A stretch of DNA of 64,000 bases from a virus, in the IMG/VR virus record IMGVR_UViG_3300023179_000086, positions 9,400-73,399 of that record; one strand, given 5' to 3'. A program made the translations under genes and the position numbers. A model generated the notes under the pieces. That model was given only the letters and a program-made list of their open reading frames with translations. It was not told the origin of the DNA and made no database searches. Position 1 is the stretch's first letter; each line of letters starts with the position of its first letter. This document shows, piece by piece, positions 40,477 through 50,868 of the stretch.

Positions 40477-41283
40477 ATGTTTTTAGCTCACATTAACTCA
40501 GTAAAACCTAATTCATATTATGTATTAGATCAATTTAACAAAAAAAAAGTTCTTGTAAATTCAGATAAATTTAAATTAATTTCAAATATTTGTCCACATC
40601 AAAATAGTTTAATATCATCTACTGATGGATCAGGTATTAGAGTATGCCCGTATCATAATTGGTCTTTTACAATAGATGGACAATCTATATCTTCAGGTAG
40701 AACAGAATATTATTGCAAAAATAAAATTAACTTAAAAGAAGAAAACGTTTATTTATGGAATGGATTATTGTTAAGCTCAGATGTTGACTTTTACATTACT
40801 GAAAATTTTGACAATATGGTTTTGATAGAAAATCGAATTGATGTTGTAAAAGCTGATTATCGTATTATTATGGATTTATTTTTAGATGTTGATCACATTC
40901 CATCTGTGCATAAAGGGGTTTATGATAAAATTGGAATAACAAATTTAAATGTAATGTGGAGTTATTATAACAATGGCAATGTTCAAAAAGTGGATCGAAA
41001 TGCATTGTGGATTGCAATTTATCCATATACAATGATTGAATGGCAATACGGAGCATTATTCATTACCGTCGCTATCCCTAATGGAAATAAATCAAATGTC
41101 CATATATTTAAATATACAGATAAACAAAATATTGATAAATGGAAATTAAATGAAGATGTTTGGGAAACAGCTTGGTTGCAGGATAAAACACAAGCAGAAT
41201 TAATTACTGAATTTCCAAAACATAATCTAGAAACACAAAAAATACATTTTAGGAATTTTTTAAAAGAAAATGGAATTAATTAA
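40477..41283 (+). CDS. Rieske [2Fe-2S] oxygenase alpha-subunit-like protein
   Basis: CPHQ..CPYHNW Rieske motif; DVDHIPSVH and LQD mononuclear iron site. Confidence 0.88.
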   Translation: MFLAHINSVKPNSYYVLDQFNKKKVLVNSDKFKLISNICPHQNSLISSTDGSGIRVCPYHNWSFTIDGQSISSGRTEYYCKNKINLKEENVYLWNGLLLSSDVDFYITENFDNMVLIENRIDVVKADYRIIMDLFLDVDHIPSVHKGVYDKIGITNLNVMWSYYNNGNVQKVDRNALWIAIYPYTMIEWQYGALFITVAIPNGNKSNVHIFKYTDKQNIDKWKLNEDVWETAWLQDKTQAELITEFPKHNLETQKIHFRNFLKENGIN

Positions 41284-42181
41284 AAATAATTATTTGTATG
41301 GTACAGGAAATGGTACAACATGGCACGTTAATATTGATCCTCCTACACGCAAGGTAAAAACATATTTTGAAGAAACTTTAGAAGCTGTAAAATATGTTTA
41401 TGAAAATAAAACAGGTAAGTTTCAAGTTTTATTTAGTGGAGGACTTGACAGCCAATATGTATGCGAAGTATTACTATATTTGGGAATGGAATTTGAAATA
41501 ATAATTATTGAATTAAAAAATAATAAAAATGAAATTCTTAATATGCATGATATTAAATATGCATATGAATTTTGTAATTTTAAAAACATTACTCCAACCA
41601 TATACGATTTGAATTTTGAACAGTTTATCGATACAGATAAAAACATACAAATAGCAGAATCAGTTCAATGTTGTTCGATAGCCATCCCTGCGACAATGTA
41701 TGTAGCTGAAAAAATGGATGGTTTTACATTATTGGGCAATGATCCACCCTATATAAAATATGTACCTGAAAAAAATTATTGGGCATTACAAGAATTAGAA
41801 TATATTCATAGTTTATTACGATATTATGAAAAATTTAATTTAAATGGTTGTCCTTTTTTATTATCTTATACATCTGAAATGATGCTTTCTTTTTTAATTG
41901 ATCCAACAATTATGAAATTAGGAATGGGTATGATATTAGGTAAAACAGGTAGTAATTCAAGTAAATCGTATGTATTTAATAATGGATCAGGTTTTAATAT
42001 GCCTGGTTATGACTTTGTAACCAAATCACGTATAAAATATACAGGATATGAAGAAATTTATCAATCTAATCTAATGAATCATCCAAATTTGCAAATATTT
42101 AAACAATACAGAGAAAAGTGGAATGGAGAATATCTTGAAAATTTTTCAGATGTAATTAATAGATTATCGATAAATCAATAA
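41270..42181 (+). CDS. asparagine-synthetase-like ATP pyrophosphatase
   Basis: VLFSGGLDSQ PP-loop; KYTGYE near C-terminus. Confidence 0.75.
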   Translation: MELIKNNYLYGTGNGTTWHVNIDPPTRKVKTYFEETLEAVKYVYENKTGKFQVLFSGGLDSQYVCEVLLYLGMEFEIIIIELKNNKNEILNMHDIKYAYEFCNFKNITPTIYDLNFEQFIDTDKNIQIAESVQCCSIAIPATMYVAEKMDGFTLLGNDPPYIKYVPEKNYWALQELEYIHSLLRYYEKFNLNGCPFLLSYTSEMMLSFLIDPTIMKLGMGMILGKTGSNSSKSYVFNNGSGFNMPGYDFVTKSRIKYTGYEEIYQSNLMNHPNLQIFKQYREKWNGEYLENFSDVINRLSINQ

Positions 42182-43345
42182 TTAATTATTGATTTTTTTA
42201 AAATTTTCTACTTTTCCGATAAAGTAAGGTTTAATTTGTGTCATAAGACCTGTTTTACTTGAATTCAAGTATATTGAATCAATAGTTGAATAAAAATGTT
42301 TAGTATCAGATGTAATCATATCAAATACTCGTGTAGTGTTATGCAGATCATAAAACCATTGATCATGCTCTCCTAAAATTATTTTTGTTGGTTTTTCTGC
42401 TTGAAATATTTTAGTGTAAGTTGATGGATAAAGTATTGGAATAATGCTTCTTTCGTACTTACTATGTTTAATTCTTTTTTCTACATCGTTTAAAAATTTA
42501 TGATTTTCTGTATTAACCGTATATTTACTTACATCAGTTGTTTCATCTACTGCAGCACGTGCAACAGAATGAGCTTGTTTTATGAGCAAAGCTGTACAAG
42601 TTTTTGCCCAATAAAATGGAACATTGTTAACATTAGAATATTCTCGATCAAAAACGGGTCTTGCCACATTCAATGCCAAATCATTAAAAACCATATAAAC
42701 TGAATTATTATCAATAGCAATTTTTGGTTTGTCTATCCCATATACAAACCCAATTTTTAATCCTAAATCTGCTAATTTTACTAAATGTTTTTGTCGCTCT
42801 AATCTATATCTTGCAATTCCTGAAGGATGAACCCAATCTTCGCTTCTATATAGCCAATCGTCAGTTTTAAAATCTAAAATATCTTGAAAATAATCATGTA
42901 AAGTAATTTTTACTTTAGGATACTCTTTTTCGATTTGTTTAATAAAAGGAATTTGAGCATAATAAGTTTCACTCATAGTGTTTTTATGAGAAGTATCAGT
43001 ATTATTATGTTTAAAGTTGCTAAGACCACTTAACGGTGCTGAAGCAATAATTTCATCAATATGTATATTGTTTCTTAAAAAAGATAAAGCAACATTTCTA
43101 CTATCTGCGCCACCACTGCAAAATACTGCTAGATAATCATAGTTATCTCTAAGTTCTTTTGCTCGTTGCTCATATAATACATGTAGGGAAGTATCAGGTT
43201 CGATAGTCCAATTTACTTTAGAATATTCTTTATCATTAAAATACCATTCTATGTTATATTTATATGGATTTGCTGCAAGAACGGCATCTATTTTATGTAA
43301 AAAAAATTGATTATTTACTTTATAAAATGAATCGTTTTCAATCAT
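42182..43345 (-). CDS. asparagine-synthetase-like ATP pyrophosphatase
   Basis: RAKELRDNYDYLAVFCSGGADS, GIDKP, LIKQAH. Confidence 0.75.
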   Translation of the reverse strand: MIENDSFYKVNNQFFLHKIDAVLAANPYKYNIEWYFNDKEYSKVNWTIEPDTSLHVLYEQRAKELRDNYDYLAVFCSGGADSRNVALSFLRNNIHIDEIIASAPLSGLSNFKHNNTDTSHKNTMSETYYAQIPFIKQIEKEYPKVKITLHDYFQDILDFKTDDWLYRSEDWVHPSGIARYRLERQKHLVKLADLGLKIGFVYGIDKPKIAIDNNSVYMVFNDLALNVARPVFDREYSNVNNVPFYWAKTCTALLIKQAHSVARAAVDETTDVSKYTVNTENHKFLNDVEKRIKHSKYERSIIPILYPSTYTKIFQAEKPTKIILGEHDQWFYDLHNTTRVFDMITSDTKHFYSTIDSIYLNSSKTGLMTQIKPYFIGKVENFKKINN

Positions 43346-43352
43346 TGATAAT

Positions 43353-43979
43353 TTAAATATGTGTTCGTGATTTCATGGGATTATGTTCATCTCTTGGCCC
43401 ATCTTCACTATCGGGATGAAAAGCTACTAAACTCATATGGCTATTATTAGTTTTGAATCTATGTCTAGCATATCTATCTAAAATAAATACATCACCTTTT
43501 TCTAAATTGAATTTTTCATCTGTTGTTTCAGCAATACCACGTCCTGATGTAATAAATCCTATCCTTAAACTTGGATGTGTGTGAAAAGTTTGATTAATAT
43601 TTTTTGGGAAATATAAATAATTTAGACAAGGATCACCATTTCTAGGCGGACTTATAATATTACTGTTGCTACAACCATCAATATAAGATAAATTACCCAC
43701 TAAACTTGCATTTAAAATTGCCATATATTGTTCAGCAAAACAGAAACCTGGCATTTCGATGACCATTCCACCCGTAATATCATTAAGGTTAAATTCTTTT
43801 GTCGTTGTTACAGTAAATAATGAATTTTTAATATCAAAATCTTCGCTAATAAAACTTCCAAATCCTACAATAAATCTTGAATATCCGCAATCATAAAATC
43901 TTAGATTCTCACTCAATGGTATAAGATTTATTACAAAACGATCTCTTATTTGTATTGATGATTTTATTATTTGAAACAT
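43353..43979 (-). CDS. cupin-domain protein
   Basis: HTHPS.R.G..G.G, HRF.T, FHPDS. Confidence 0.8.
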   Translation of the reverse strand: MFQIIKSSIQIRDRFVINLIPLSENLRFYDCGYSRFIVGFGSFISEDFDIKNSLFTVTTTKEFNLNDITGGMVIEMPGFCFAEQYMAILNASLVGNLSYIDGCSNSNIISPPRNGDPCLNYLYFPKNINQTFHTHPSLRIGFITSGRGIAETTDEKFNLEKGDVFILDRYARHRFKTNNSHMSLVAFHPDSEDGPRDEHNPMKSRTHI

Positions 43980-43980
43980 A

Positions 43981-44604
43981 TTAACCTTCTAAATTTAATA
44001 ATTTAACACGATATTGTTGTTTTAATGCAAATAAACATATTACTGTATCTATTTCAAATGTTTTTCTATACTCAGGAAAATAAAAACTATGTAAACGTGA
44101 TTTGCATGGTTCATTTGCTTTATAAATAGTTTCATAAAAGCAATTATATTTATTTTCAATTATACCATCTGAAACAAATCTCTTCCATACTTTATCAAGT
44201 GCTCGTTGATGTTTTAAATCACGTCTGCTATAAAAACTATAATAATTGTTTTGTTCTCCATGTTCCATAAGCATATACATACATTTTCCCCATACACTCA
44301 TGCTAAGTTTATAATTATTCAAATCTTTTTTATTAAAATTAGAAAATTGGTTAAATGCATACCAATATTGAATGGTTGGTGGAAAATAACCACTTTGTGC
44401 ACAAATCAATTCATCGTTATAAAATGCACCATAAACTAATTTATCTTTGTTATTTAAATCGTTTGAAAATTGATTAATCATAATTGAAGAATATTCTTGT
44501 TTTTTTTTAAGTCTTAATAATTTTTCATTACTATTAAATAATTCTATGTAAATATTTAAGTCATTAATATCTAATTTTCTTATTATAAATTCATTTATTT
44601 CCAT
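43981..44604 (-). CDS. GNAT-like protein
   Basis: IRKLDINDL, VYGAFYNDELIC; fold tentative. Confidence 0.55.
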   Translation of the reverse strand: MEINEFIIRKLDINDLNIYIELFNSNEKLLRLKKKQEYSSIMINQFSNDLNNKDKLVYGAFYNDELICAQSGYFPPTIQYWYAFNQFSNFNKKDLNNYKLSMSVWGKCMYMLMEHGEQNNYYSFYSRRDLKHQRALDKVWKRFVSDGIIENKYNCFYETIYKANEPCKSRLHSFYFPEYRKTFEIDTVICLFALKQQYRVKLLNLEG

Positions 44605-45805
44605 TATATTTCTCTACAATGATAGATGCGCATTTACCTCCAAAACCAAAACTATTTTTTAAACCTATATTGAATTCGCTAATAATAGATACTTTAGGTA
44701 AATTAATTTTGTCACCTATACAATGTTGGAGGGTTGGTATGAAACTTATTTGGTTATTATTTATACTTTCAATAAGATAGCTTAATTCAATTAAGCCACA
44801 TGCAGCCATAGTGTGTCCAATATTAGCTTTTAATGCCATAACAGGAGAATTTGGAAAATAGTCAGCAATAATATTATATTCTACTTCATCGCCATTGGGA
44901 GTACTAGTAGCATGTGCCCCTATAATATCTATATCTTCATACTTTAACTTTGCTTTTCTTAAAGCCATATCAATACTATTTCTACCACCTAAACCGTTTG
45001 GGTGTACTGCTGTATCGTGATATGCCTCAGAAGCGTAACCAATACCATTGATAGTTGCTAATATGTTGTCACCATGAGATATGGCTGTTTCTATTTTTTT
45101 TATAATAAAAACAGCAGCCCCCTCTCCCATAATAAATCCATTACGATTTATATCAAATGGACTACTTTTAGGAGGAACTCTAGTATCTAATGCACCAAGT
45201 GATTGAAACATGTAAATGTTCATTGGATCTACCATAACATCACATCCTCCTACAATAACTTGTTCATAATCATTATCATTAAGTAATTTTATAGCATAAT
45301 CTAAACCCATAATACCACTTGCACATGCACTTGTAATATTAAAAGTTGCACCATAAAATCCAAACTTTTTACTTATTAAACTTGTTAGAGAATCTCTTTG
45401 TGCTGCTAAACACTGTCGTGGAGTAGATCTTTTATTACTTAACAACTGTTTTGTACATTCTAATGTGGTTGATGCACCACCACCTAAAGAACTAAAAATT
45501 AATGCTGTGTTTTTAGGATTAGGTATATTACATTCGTTTATTGCTTGTTTACAAGCATAAAATCCTATTATACTATAACGATCAAGATTCTTTTTTTCAT
45601 TGGTTGAAATATATTCATTTATGTCTAACTCATTAATATTTACTTCTGCAGCATGAGTAATTTTAATTATTGAATATTCCTCTAAAGAAAAATTTGTAAT
45701 TGGTTGTACAGCAATGTCACCATTAATGTATTTTTTCCAATTATTAGTTCTATTAAATCCAAGAGGATCAACTAATCCAATAGCAACAATTGCATATTTA
45801 TTCAT
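44591..45805 (-). CDS. fabF: beta-ketoacyl-ACP synthase II
   Basis: TSACASG, GFIMGEGA, AHATST..GD..E, K.NIGHT, NSFGFGG. Confidence 0.92.
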   Translation of the reverse strand: MNKYAIVAIGLVDPLGFNRTNNWKKYINGDIAVQPITNFSLEEYSIIKITHAAEVNINELDINEYISTNEKKNLDRYSIIGFYACKQAINECNIPNPKNTALIFSSLGGGASTTLECTKQLLSNKRSTPRQCLAAQRDSLTSLISKKFGFYGATFNITSACASGIMGLDYAIKLLNDNDYEQVIVGGCDVMVDPMNIYMFQSLGALDTRVPPKSSPFDINRNGFIMGEGAAVFIIKKIETAISHGDNILATINGIGYASEAYHDTAVHPNGLGGRNSIDMALRKAKLKYEDIDIIGAHATSTPNGDEVEYNIIADYFPNSPVMALKANIGHTMAACGLIELSYLIESINNNQISFIPTLQHCIGDKINLPKVSIISEFNIGLKNSFGFGGKCASIIVEKYNGNK

Positions 45806-45940
45806 GTTTCAAATTTGATATATTATCGTGGCTATTGTTCATAAAAAATTTTTCTATTACCCAACCACAAAAATCTTTTTCATTATCTTTAATTGATAGC
45901 TTATAATTGCCAGGATATTAATTTTTTGGTTATATGTCAT
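45798..45940 (-). pseudogene. internally deleted desaturase remnant
   Basis: MTYNQKINIL joined out of frame to YPGNYKLSIKDNEKDFCGWVIEKFF..stop, matching desaturase C-termini; stop overlaps the fabF ATG. Confidence 0.7.
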
Positions 45941-45944
45941 CTGA

Positions 45945-46760
45945 TTATATTTTATAAGCTTTTATATCACTAGGATCGATAACGAAGATTTTTTTAACCA
46001 ACCAACCACTAAAATCAAATTCACCAGGAGCCATTGCTTGATTGTATTCATTTGGTTTAGCATGGTGATTATTATGTAATCCTTCACCTAATGTATACCA
46101 ATGTATCCATTTATTATTTTGACTATTATCTGTTGTTTCAAAATTTCTATAAGACAATTTTGTAGGTATATGACTCAATGTTGTCACAAATACCCCACTA
46201 CCAAAGATATACCATCCAATTGGAGCAGCAATAATAAAAACAGGTATTTTCCAATTAAAGAGACCTAGTAATATAGATACAATACCTATAATAGCCCAAA
46301 TCTTAAAATAGTTATGATGAACAAACTGTACCGTTGGATCTCTTATAATATCTTTTGGCAATGTTCTAACTTGTTTTACATTTCTAAACCAATCAAAAGG
46401 TTTTATTTCCCATAGCCCCAATGATTCAAAAATATTATTTTTTGGGCTATGAATATCCCTTTCTTGGTCGCTATATTGATGATGATGTCTATGACTTGTA
46501 GCATATAACACTGGACTTCCAGCACCAATTAACACACTAGCCCAACATAGGAATTTATGTTTATTCCTTGTAGTTACAAAACTACGATGTGCAAAATATC
46601 TATGCATGGCAATATGATTGGCTGGAATAACCACAATTTTAGCAACTAAAAATGATAGTAAGGTCCATAACCAATTACCAGTATAAAATCCATATACAAA
46701 TGAAAATATCCAGCAAGCTATACCAATAGCCCAAATTGTTCTTAATTTATATAAATTCAT
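45945..46760 (-). CDS. membrane fatty-acid desaturase 3
   Basis: HRYFAH, HRHHH, GEGLHNNHH. Confidence 0.93.
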   Translation of the reverse strand: MNLYKLRTIWAIGIACWIFSFVYGFYTGNWLWTLLSFLVAKIVVIPANHIAMHRYFAHRSFVTTRNKHKFLCWASVLIGAGSPVLYATSHRHHHQYSDQERDIHSPKNNIFESLGLWEIKPFDWFRNVKQVRTLPKDIIRDPTVQFVHHNYFKIWAIIGIVSILLGLFNWKIPVFIIAAPIGWYIFGSGVFVTTLSHIPTKLSYRNFETTDNSQNNKWIHWYTLGEGLHNNHHAKPNEYNQAMAPGEFDFSGWLVKKIFVIDPSDIKAYKI

Positions 46761-47347
46761 ATTGAATATTTTTTAATTATTGTATAATAAATTTTTTCAT
46801 CAAAAAAACCAATAGTGAAAGATAATCTATTTGTTTTTATATTATGCACACTGTGAATTATATCAGTACGCATGATATTCCAATTGTTTTCAGGAAATAT
46901 GATACTGTCTTGTCTTTCCAGTAAATTTAGATCCCAAACATGGGACCAAGGAGATCTAATTAAATCATTACCAAATTCTTTCCACCATAAAGTTTCAACA
47001 TTTGATCCACCTGTATTAAGAATAAAACTTATACAAAAAGGTCCACGAACTTTACCATCTGTATGAGGATGTAATTGACTTAATTCATTACTATAATTTT
47101 TAATACTTTGAAATCCTATATTAAAATTTGTTTGATTAAATTCTGGGATTATTTCCTTTACATAGTCTATGTATTGATTTTCTAAAGGCCATCTTTTATA
47201 TACAGCATCATTAACTTCAGTTTTATCAATTTGTAATATTTTTTTATTGCTAATTGCCTGCATATGATCTCCAACAATAGCATTTTCAATTCCATTCCTC
47301 AAATTTGTTGGCAAGGTTGGTAAATTTAAAAGAGCAAATAATTTCAT
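46757..47347 (-). CDS. 2OG-Fe(II) oxygenase-like protein
   Basis: PHTD..IHSV.N..RLSFT. Confidence 0.7.
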   Translation of the reverse strand: MKLFALLNLPTLPTNLRNGIENAIVGDHMQAISNKKILQIDKTEVNDAVYKRWPLENQYIDYVKEIIPEFNQTNFNIGFQSIKNYSNELSQLHPHTDGKVRGPFCISFILNTGGSNVETLWWKEFGNDLIRSPWSHVWDLNLLERQDSIIFPENNWNIMRTDIIHSVHNIKTNRLSFTIGFFDEKIYYTIIKKYSI

Positions 47348-48111
47348 ATTTTAATTAAAAAGTATTTTATAAAATATCCTGGAAGATCCCATTCATATTT
47401 TTTCACTGCATAATATGGACTTTTACTATCGGCATGATGATTATTGTGTAGCCCACTACCTAACATTAAAATATTTACTAAAGTATTGTTCTTACTATCA
47501 TCTTTTGTATCAAAATTCCTATAACCCCATTTATGGCAGACTATGTCTATAAGTAAACTACTAGTATGAAAAGTCCAGACTGCACTTGCGCTTATTAGAA
47601 AAACAGCAATTCTAATGTCTATTATAGCTAATGTAAAATATATTATTGTAACAATTAAAAAATAATACTTATGAAAAAATAAGTGCCAAGGTTCAATCGC
47701 TAAATCTTTAACAAGTTTAGGACTAAATTTAACTGGGATCCAATTAACCAACCAAATATTATACCATTTGTAATGCCTAGGACTTTGTGGATCTTTATTT
47801 GTATCACTATATCTGTGATGTATTCTATGTGTTCCTACCCATCCATAACTACTGCCCAAACAATTCAAACTACCTAATACAAGTAGAATTCTTTCTTTCC
47901 ACAGTTGAGTTTGAAAACTTCTATGTGCAAATAATCTATGAAATCCAATTTCACCACCGATTTTTCCAAATAGAATCCATCCAAGCAAGGATACCCACAA
48001 CCAACCCCAATCCAAATCTAAATAAAATAGTGATAACAATGCTAAATGATGAAATACAATTAATATTTTAAATTGTATGTCCATATTTGGTTTTTTAATA
48101 TTATTAAACAT
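47344..48111 (-). CDS. membrane fatty-acid desaturase 4
   Basis: HRLFAH, HRIHH, HNNHH. Confidence 0.93.
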   Translation of the reverse strand: MFNNIKKPNMDIQFKILIVFHHLALLSLFYLDLDWGWLWVSLLGWILFGKIGGEIGFHRLFAHRSFQTQLWKERILLVLGSLNCLGSSYGWVGTHRIHHRYSDTNKDPQSPRHYKWYNIWLVNWIPVKFSPKLVKDLAIEPWHLFFHKYYFLIVTIIYFTLAIIDIRIAVFLISASAVWTFHTSSLLIDIVCHKWGYRNFDTKDDSKNNTLVNILMLGSGLHNNHHADSKSPYYAVKKYEWDLPGYFIKYFLIKI

Positions 48112-48887
48112 TATAAAAAATTACCATTGTAGGATGAAATTGATTTTTCAATCAGTTTTTCTAATTTTGGATTATCTCTTGTGTCATTGTATATAAGAAC
48201 ATCAAATCTATGTTCATTACTATAGTTTTTATACGAATGTTGGTGATAACTATTTAAAAACCAAATTTTTTTTATAGATAAATTCTCAACAAAATATCTA
48301 CTATCATTTTGATAATATTCTAAATCTTTAAAATGATAGCGATCTTCATGTACTTCTTTAGTAACAATATGAACTACTTTGCTATTAGTAATTATTGGAA
48401 TATGCAGTATACATTGCTCAGGTGTATTATATTTTTTAATTAGTGGATCATTTTGATGACTATGCCATCCTAATGAATGTCCGCCTTCAGATTTAACTAT
48501 TTTTGCCATTAACGGTTTATCTGTAATAGAGTTTATTAAGTTTAATAGTATTGGAAATCTTTCAGCAACTTCAGTATAATACCATTTTTGATCTTCAAGA
48601 GGCCATGAATAATATTCTTCTAACACTGTTTTTTCTTCGTTTTTCCATCTAGCAAAATGTTCTCTTACTATCGATGAACTTTTAAATTTATGAATTGTTG
48701 TCAATGCACAGTGTTTATATGAATTATGTAATTCTTTAAGAAAGGGTGTAAGTTCAAAGTATGGTGGATGGTAATCATACCAAACATTGTTTTTTAATAC
48801 TTCATACTTTATACTTTCAAAATCAAAATTAATATCTAAAGTCATAAATGGTATGTTCTTAAGATGTTCAATTATTAGCTGTTTCAT
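48111..48887 (-). CDS. Asp/Asn beta-hydroxylase-like 2OG-Fe(II) protein
   Basis: WHSH..LHIPIITN..HSYKN.S..R. Confidence 0.65.
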   Translation of the reverse strand: MKQLIIEHLKNIPFMTLDINFDFESIKYEVLKNNVWYDYHPPYFELTPFLKELHNSYKHCALTTIHKFKSSSIVREHFARWKNEEKTVLEEYYSWPLEDQKWYYTEVAERFPILLNLINSITDKPLMAKIVKSEGGHSLGWHSHQNDPLIKKYNTPEQCILHIPIITNSKVVHIVTKEVHEDRYHFKDLEYYQNDSRYFVENLSIKKIWFLNSYHQHSYKNYSNEHRFDVLIYNDTRDNPKLEKLIEKSISSYNGNFL

Positions 48888-49644
48888 TTTTAATTAGTAA
48901 ATGTTTGATGATTAGGCCTGGGAGATCAAATTCATCACTTTTATGATTAAAGTAGGGTTCGTTTGGTCGGGCATGATGATTATTATGTAAACCACTACCA
49001 CCTGTTAGTATATTTACAATGAGATTATTTTTGCTCTGATCTTTTGTATTATAATTTCTGTATCCATACTTATGGCATACTATATCAATCAAATACGAAC
49101 CAACATGGAATTGAATAACTGATGGTATAATAATTCCAAAAATTAATAATTTAAAATCTATAAATCCAAAAAGTAAAATTACTAAAAACGATAATGTAAA
49201 ATAATATTTGTGTATGAATCTATGCCATGGATCTTTAATTAAATCAGAGATTGATCGGGGATTTACTATAAACGGTTTCCACATAATTAACCATACTTTT
49301 ATAAGTGAATTAAAATAAGGACTATGTGGATCTTTATCGGTGTCGGCGGTGGCATGATGCACACGATGTACGCCACAAAAATGTAAACTACTCCCTACAA
49401 AATTTAGACTTCCTAATATTAGTAATAACCGTTCTTTCCATTTATCTGTTTTAAAACTTTTGTGAGCAAATAATCTATGGTAACCAATTTCTCCCCCTAT
49501 TTTACCTATAACAATGTAAGATAAAAACGTTATCAAAAAATAGTACCATTCTACATTTGATATAAAAAATGCTGTAATAAACAGAACATGTGTTATCAAT
49601 AGTAAAAATCTAATTTTAGTTAATGTGCTTAAATGTAACGACAT
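48868..49644 (-). CDS. membrane fatty-acid desaturase 5
   Basis: HRLFAH, HRVHH, HNNHH. Confidence 0.93.
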   Translation of the reverse strand: MSLHLSTLTKIRFLLLITHVLFITAFFISNVEWYYFLITFLSYIVIGKIGGEIGYHRLFAHKSFKTDKWKERLLLILGSLNFVGSSLHFCGVHRVHHATADTDKDPHSPYFNSLIKVWLIMWKPFIVNPRSISDLIKDPWHRFIHKYYFTLSFLVILLFGFIDFKLLIFGIIIPSVIQFHVGSYLIDIVCHKYGYRNYNTKDQSKNNLIVNILTGGSGLHNNHHARPNEPYFNHKSDEFDLPGLIIKHLLIKNETANN

Positions 49645-49647
49645 TAT

Positions 49648-50019
49648 TTATAAGTTATATAAATTTTTAGCCTCTTTATCAGTAATATTATAAATTTGAT
49701 ATATGAATTCAAATTTTTCAGGATGATTTTGAATACTTTTATTATCCTCATAAATTACGTCTAACTGAGTTTTACATTCTTGTGCAATCTCTTCCGACAC
49801 AAATACTCTTTCAGTAACTAAAAGATGACTAGCTAAATATCTTTTAAATGCTTTTTGCGTACCATTTACTACATACGAATTGCATATTTCCATATACTTT
49901 AAAATATTATTTGGTTTAAAAATGTAAGGAAACAGAGCGTGTAAAGTTTCATCTACGGTACCTCTAAGAAGACTGTGGTCATTTATAACAGTTGTTGTTT
50001 TATATACGCAATAACCCAT
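49648..50019 (-). CDS. hypothetical protein
   Basis: First gene of the minus-strand operon; ATG 50019. Confidence 0.65.
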   Translation of the reverse strand: MGYCVYKTTTVINDHSLLRGTVDETLHALFPYIFKPNNILKYMEICNSYVVNGTQKAFKRYLASHLLVTERVFVSEEIAQECKTQLDVIYEDNKSIQNHPEKFEFIYQIYNITDKEAKNLYNL

Positions 50020-50034
50020 AAAAAAATTCCTATA

Positions 50035-50073
50035 ATATATCAATATTTATTCTACCGATAAATATTGATATAT
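50035..50073. promoter_or_regulatory. back-to-back late promoters within a 16-bp inverted repeat
   Basis: ATATATCAATATTTAT-7 nt-ATAAATATTGATATAT between divergent genes. Confidence 0.6.
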
Positions 50074-50091
50074 TTATATTATAAAGTAAAG

Positions 50092-50868
50092 ATGTTTTAT
50101 TCAAACGTTAAAAGCATAAAAATATTACAGGTTTTAACTACCATTATTACCTGCGGTTTACTTTTTTTAAATTTTAGTTGGTATTGGTGGAGTATATCAA
50201 TTTTTGTGTATTTTTTAACAGGTTGTTTAGGTATTACTATAACATATCATCGATATCTTTCTCATAAAGCATTTAAAATGCCCAAAATATTAGAATATAT
50301 TTTTAGTTTTTTTGGTGCTATTGGTGGTACAGGGTCAACTATTGGATGGTTAGCAGTTCATAATGTTCATCACAAATATAGTGATAAAGATAAAGACCCA
50401 CACAGTCCACATATCCTAGGTTTGAGATTAATGCTTACAAACTATAATTACAAATTTAACCCACTTGATGCTAAAGTATTGCTAAGAGATAAATTTCACA
50501 TTTTCTTACACCAATATTATAATCTAATATTAATAACATGGGCAATCTTATTAATATTAATAGATATAAAAATTTTTCTATTTGTATTCGTTGTACCAAT
50601 TTTTTTACAGATTTGGGCAAGTAACATAAGCAATTATGCTAATCATTTGTATGGGTATAAGAATTTCGAAACAACCGAAGGCAGTAAAAATACATGGTGG
50701 GTAAGCGCAATTACTTGGGGAGAAGGATGGCATAATAATCATCATGCAGAACCATGGTCGTATACTTTTCAAAAAAAATGGTGGGAAATTGATATAAGTG
50801 GGTATATAATATATATAATGGTTTTACTGACGGGTAACAAAGCTAGCTTATATAATTCTAAATATTAG
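50092..50868 (+). CDS. membrane fatty-acid desaturase 6
   Basis: HRYLSH, HNVHH, GEGWHNNHH; ATG 50092. Confidence 0.93.
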   Translation: MFYSNVKSIKILQVLTTIITCGLLFLNFSWYWWSISIFVYFLTGCLGITITYHRYLSHKAFKMPKILEYIFSFFGAIGGTGSTIGWLAVHNVHHKYSDKDKDPHSPHILGLRLMLTNYNYKFNPLDAKVLLRDKFHIFLHQYYNLILITWAILLILIDIKIFLFVFVVPIFLQIWASNISNYANHLYGYKNFETTEGSKNTWWVSAITWGEGWHNNHHAEPWSYTFQKKWWEIDISGYIIYIMVLLTGNKASLYNSKY

